A program made the translations under genes and the position numbers. From contig NMRA01000025.1 in the NCBI GenBank assembly GCA_002633005.1, positions 404,300 through 468,299 on the forward strand: a stretch of DNA of 64,000 nt, written 5' to 3'. This DNA is from Phoronis australis (taxonomy: Eukaryota; Animalia; Phoronida). Below are positions 60,990 through 64,000 of this stretch, one piece after another. Within the stretch, counting starts at the first letter, position 1; every line of letters begins with the position of its first letter. A model generated the notes under the pieces. The model saw only the letters and a program-made list of their open reading frames with translations, was not told where the DNA came from and ran no database searches.

Positions 60990-62760
60990 CTGGTGTCAAA
61001 GTTGGCAGTTCAGTGTAATTCGTATTGACCGACCGCGTGGTTCGCTTGTTCAACGTGGAAAATGTCTTGGCTTGTTTCAAGCTGGAAAAACGCATTGTGA
61101 CGTTGCACTTCATTCCTTACTGAGTACTGAATCAAAGTACCACCAGCAGAACTGTGAAACAACAGCAAGAGACAGGTGATCTAAAGGACCGTGAGAGAGC
61201 AAGTAAACCAAAAGTTAAAGATTAAGTCACAGATCGATTAATTCGGATCATCAGAAGACGTTTTGTTACGGCTATCCAATAAAACTCCATGTCGATCGAG
61301 ATCCGCGAATTTCAGATCAGGCCATACGTAAGATATTGCACAGTGCTGGTTTCAAGTCGTGCAAATCAAGAGAGGTGCCCGCGATGTCTGACGAACTCAA
61401 AAAGCGCAGACGCAGATGGGTGCATTCAGCGTCATCTTTGAATCAGACAGCAGCAGAATTCTGTGCTCTTTACACATGTGTTTCGTTTTTTTGTTTGTAC
61501 AACAAGGCTGACAATTTATAGTCTGACGAAGTCGTGGCGAAAGGAATTCCAGTTTCTGCGTGAAATCATAGTACCTGGACCGCCAACTCCGTACATTTTC
61601 AATGGACGAAATCTGTGATCTTTCGCATTAGTCGTGAGGTCATTATTCACTAGCGACACCTGGCACACATACGCAGGCTTTACTTCTGGCAAGTATGTCG
61701 TCCGCTAATCATTTGGATCGGCAATTTTTCTCAACTCACATCCGTGTTTAAATAAAATGAGTGCTCGTGAAACGTTGACTTCTTAAAAGAAGCCATATTA
61801 ATACTCCAGAACTAACCACCAGACCTACTTAAAAACCAATCTTACACTACTTCAACAACAGTCTGTATACTCCACGGGACGTTTCACTTTAAGCTCGAAT
61901 GCACGCCGGTGCCGCTCAAAATTTCAGGACTCTACTGTTGTAAGACATTGAACAGACAGTAAAATAAGTGGAAGAATTTCTCGTCACAATACACTAAAAG
62001 GAATCTAAGCTTGCTTTGTGTAGAGGGAGGCAGGAGTGTCATGGTTCCGTGGTATCAGTCACGGAGGAAAAACCAGACTTGTGGTCATTGATGGCAGTTT
62101 AACTGCCCACGTTATATGGACAATGCCCTTAATCTAGTTGCCATACCTTTTGTTAATAGCTTGGGCCCACACGCAAGACAGCTGCCTCTTCGCGCTCACA
62201 TATCGTTACCCAGCGTCTTGGGCAGCAAAACATTAACAAAATCGACTAACCAGCATGGTCACTAGACTTAAACCCAATTGAAGAAGCATGGGACAATCTT
62301 GGCAGATGAGTCAGAAAACGCATCACCCCGCGATCCAAAACTATCAACGATCTTCGTCGCATTCTTATTCAGGATCGGCATGACATTGCCCAAGCCTACG
62401 TCACTTAGGACTCCCATAATTATGCGAAGGAGATGTGCGTCATGCGTCAAGTACTGATGGTATTAAAATAAAAAGCTCTAACACTAATCATTTTCTCATA
62501 GTTTTCACATTCACTTCCCATTTCGCCGCTTTCTATTGAGGACACTATCTACGCAGTTAGCTGAAATGCAATGTTAGTGCTTGACCTTACCTAATTCAAA
62601 GTCTCGCATTCCATTCATCTCTCGCCACGGATGGTGCATTATTGCGCTCATTCTATCACATAATGTTCTTTATAAAATCAGAATCAAACTTAGATTTATT
62701 TTTGAAACGTGAAAAATATTGAATTGTGTAACAAAATGTACAATACTTCTTTGAGTAGTG
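60990..62760 (+). mobile_element. Decayed Tc1/mariner transposon
   Basis: GLFQAG....VA, DR.R...P, GG.SVMV.GIS..GKT.LVVIDG.LTA, WSLDLNPIEEAWD; right end ...GAGTAGTG|TA; left end not identified. Confidence 0.8.
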
Positions 62761-63196
62761 TAGAACTTGTTTTCTGCGTTAGATTGTTCAGTTAAATGCA
62801 TGCCAATCAGATTATATGTGGTGCACTAGTTTGTAGCGTGCGGGACACGTCGTCTCGAAATAAAGCAACTATTTTAACTTGTTTGTTCGTTATGTCTCAG
62901 TTGATGCGTCGCTTCACAACTGCACGCCTAAGATAGGAGATTATATAGCGACAATACAACCGAGTATATATTAAGCTGTTTAACAAAAAGTACAGTCGTG
63001 CCTTCAACCAAGTTTGTGTCAATGAAGGACTGCCACAGAATTATATAAAATGTATGCAACAAACTGAACAGATATTGAAATCATCCTTAAATCTGGCACG
63101 AGATAATCATTTTTTTTCTATCATTTACATAAAATCTAGTTTGAAATCGCATGAAGTTTCATAATTCAAACTTCTGACGCTGTGGTGTAATTGTGG

Positions 63197-64000
63197 TTAT
63201 TACTCTGCGCGTGTAAGCGATGAGTACCGTTGTTCCTGAGTTTTCTTCAATTTTATTCTTCTTATTCTTCTTATTCTTATTCTTCTTCCGACCAACTTTG
63301 AGGCTTAATAACTCCAAATTGGGTGCAGGCACGGTCTTTAAATTCAGCATATGACTTTTGACAGTATATAAAATTTGATTGGTTGTATAATCATATTCCA
63401 TATTGCACCGGAAGAGGTCATTTGGTGCAAAGGTCATATAATTTTCAAAATGCTACTCCTCCTTCAGTTTTAAAGCTATCTTTTTCAAATTTGGTGCACA
63501 GGTATAAGTCAACATGACAATTTAAAGAATTACTTTTCAAAGTAATCGGGTCATCCAATCAGGTGAAATAGGTCAAATGTCATTAGGTGCAAACTAAAAT
63601 TTTGAGCTAGACATTTTAAATTGACAGGCCTGATTGCCACAGGTAAACCAAATCGGAATCCAAACTTTCACGTCATTTAGTGCAAACATGGGGTCATTAG
63701 GTGCATTTTTCTTCTTAAAAATTCAATCAGCAAGTATTCTGATATGTCAACCGTTAGACAACTGTGATTCTCAGCGTTAAACACATTTTCCATGGGCTTT
63801 GCAATAATTCTCCTAAAGATGCTTAAAATGCACCGGATAAGGTAAATTAGTGCAAAGGTCATGTAACGTTCATAATGTTATATCTCTTACGTTTTTCAAG
63901 GAATTCTTTTCAATTTCAGCACACTGGTGTAAGGCAACATGCCAATTAAATACCCTACTTTACTTCGCAATAGGCCTAACCAATCAGAAAAAATAGGTCA
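63197..64000 (+). mobile_element. Second copy of the 22814 Helentron-type element (runs off window)
   Basis: Colinear, high identity with about 22876-23672. Confidence 0.88.

Overview
AT-rich, intron-containing animal (probably marine invertebrate) genomic DNA; there is no sign of prokaryotic genes, rRNA/tRNA genes or a CRISPR array. Two convergent spliced genes can be rebuilt by hand. (1) Minus strand: a complete 8-exon, 337-aa PLP-dependent serine/aspartate-racemase-family gene (38903-55177), with every junction GT-AG and in phase and an unusual S-P-C specificity loop. (2) Plus strand: a secreted signal peptide-PAN/apple-3x LamG/pentraxin-like gene (10025-29092), with a duplicated symmetric exon and one linking exon that is 1 nt out of frame. 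The rest is a dense, nested set of transposable elements: a Gmr1-like Gypsy element (integrase before RT), a second Gypsy remnant, a solo LTR, LINE fragments, Sola3-, Kolobok-, ISL2EU-, Academ- and Tc1-type DNA transposon remnants, Helentron-type elements, micro-MITEs with 5-bp TSDs, and an 879-bp element with Polinton-type ends. TACATGTA, the Tc1/mariner-type excision footprint, is strongly enriched and can be shown to be an insertion at two sites. All calls come from manual reading; no database search was run.
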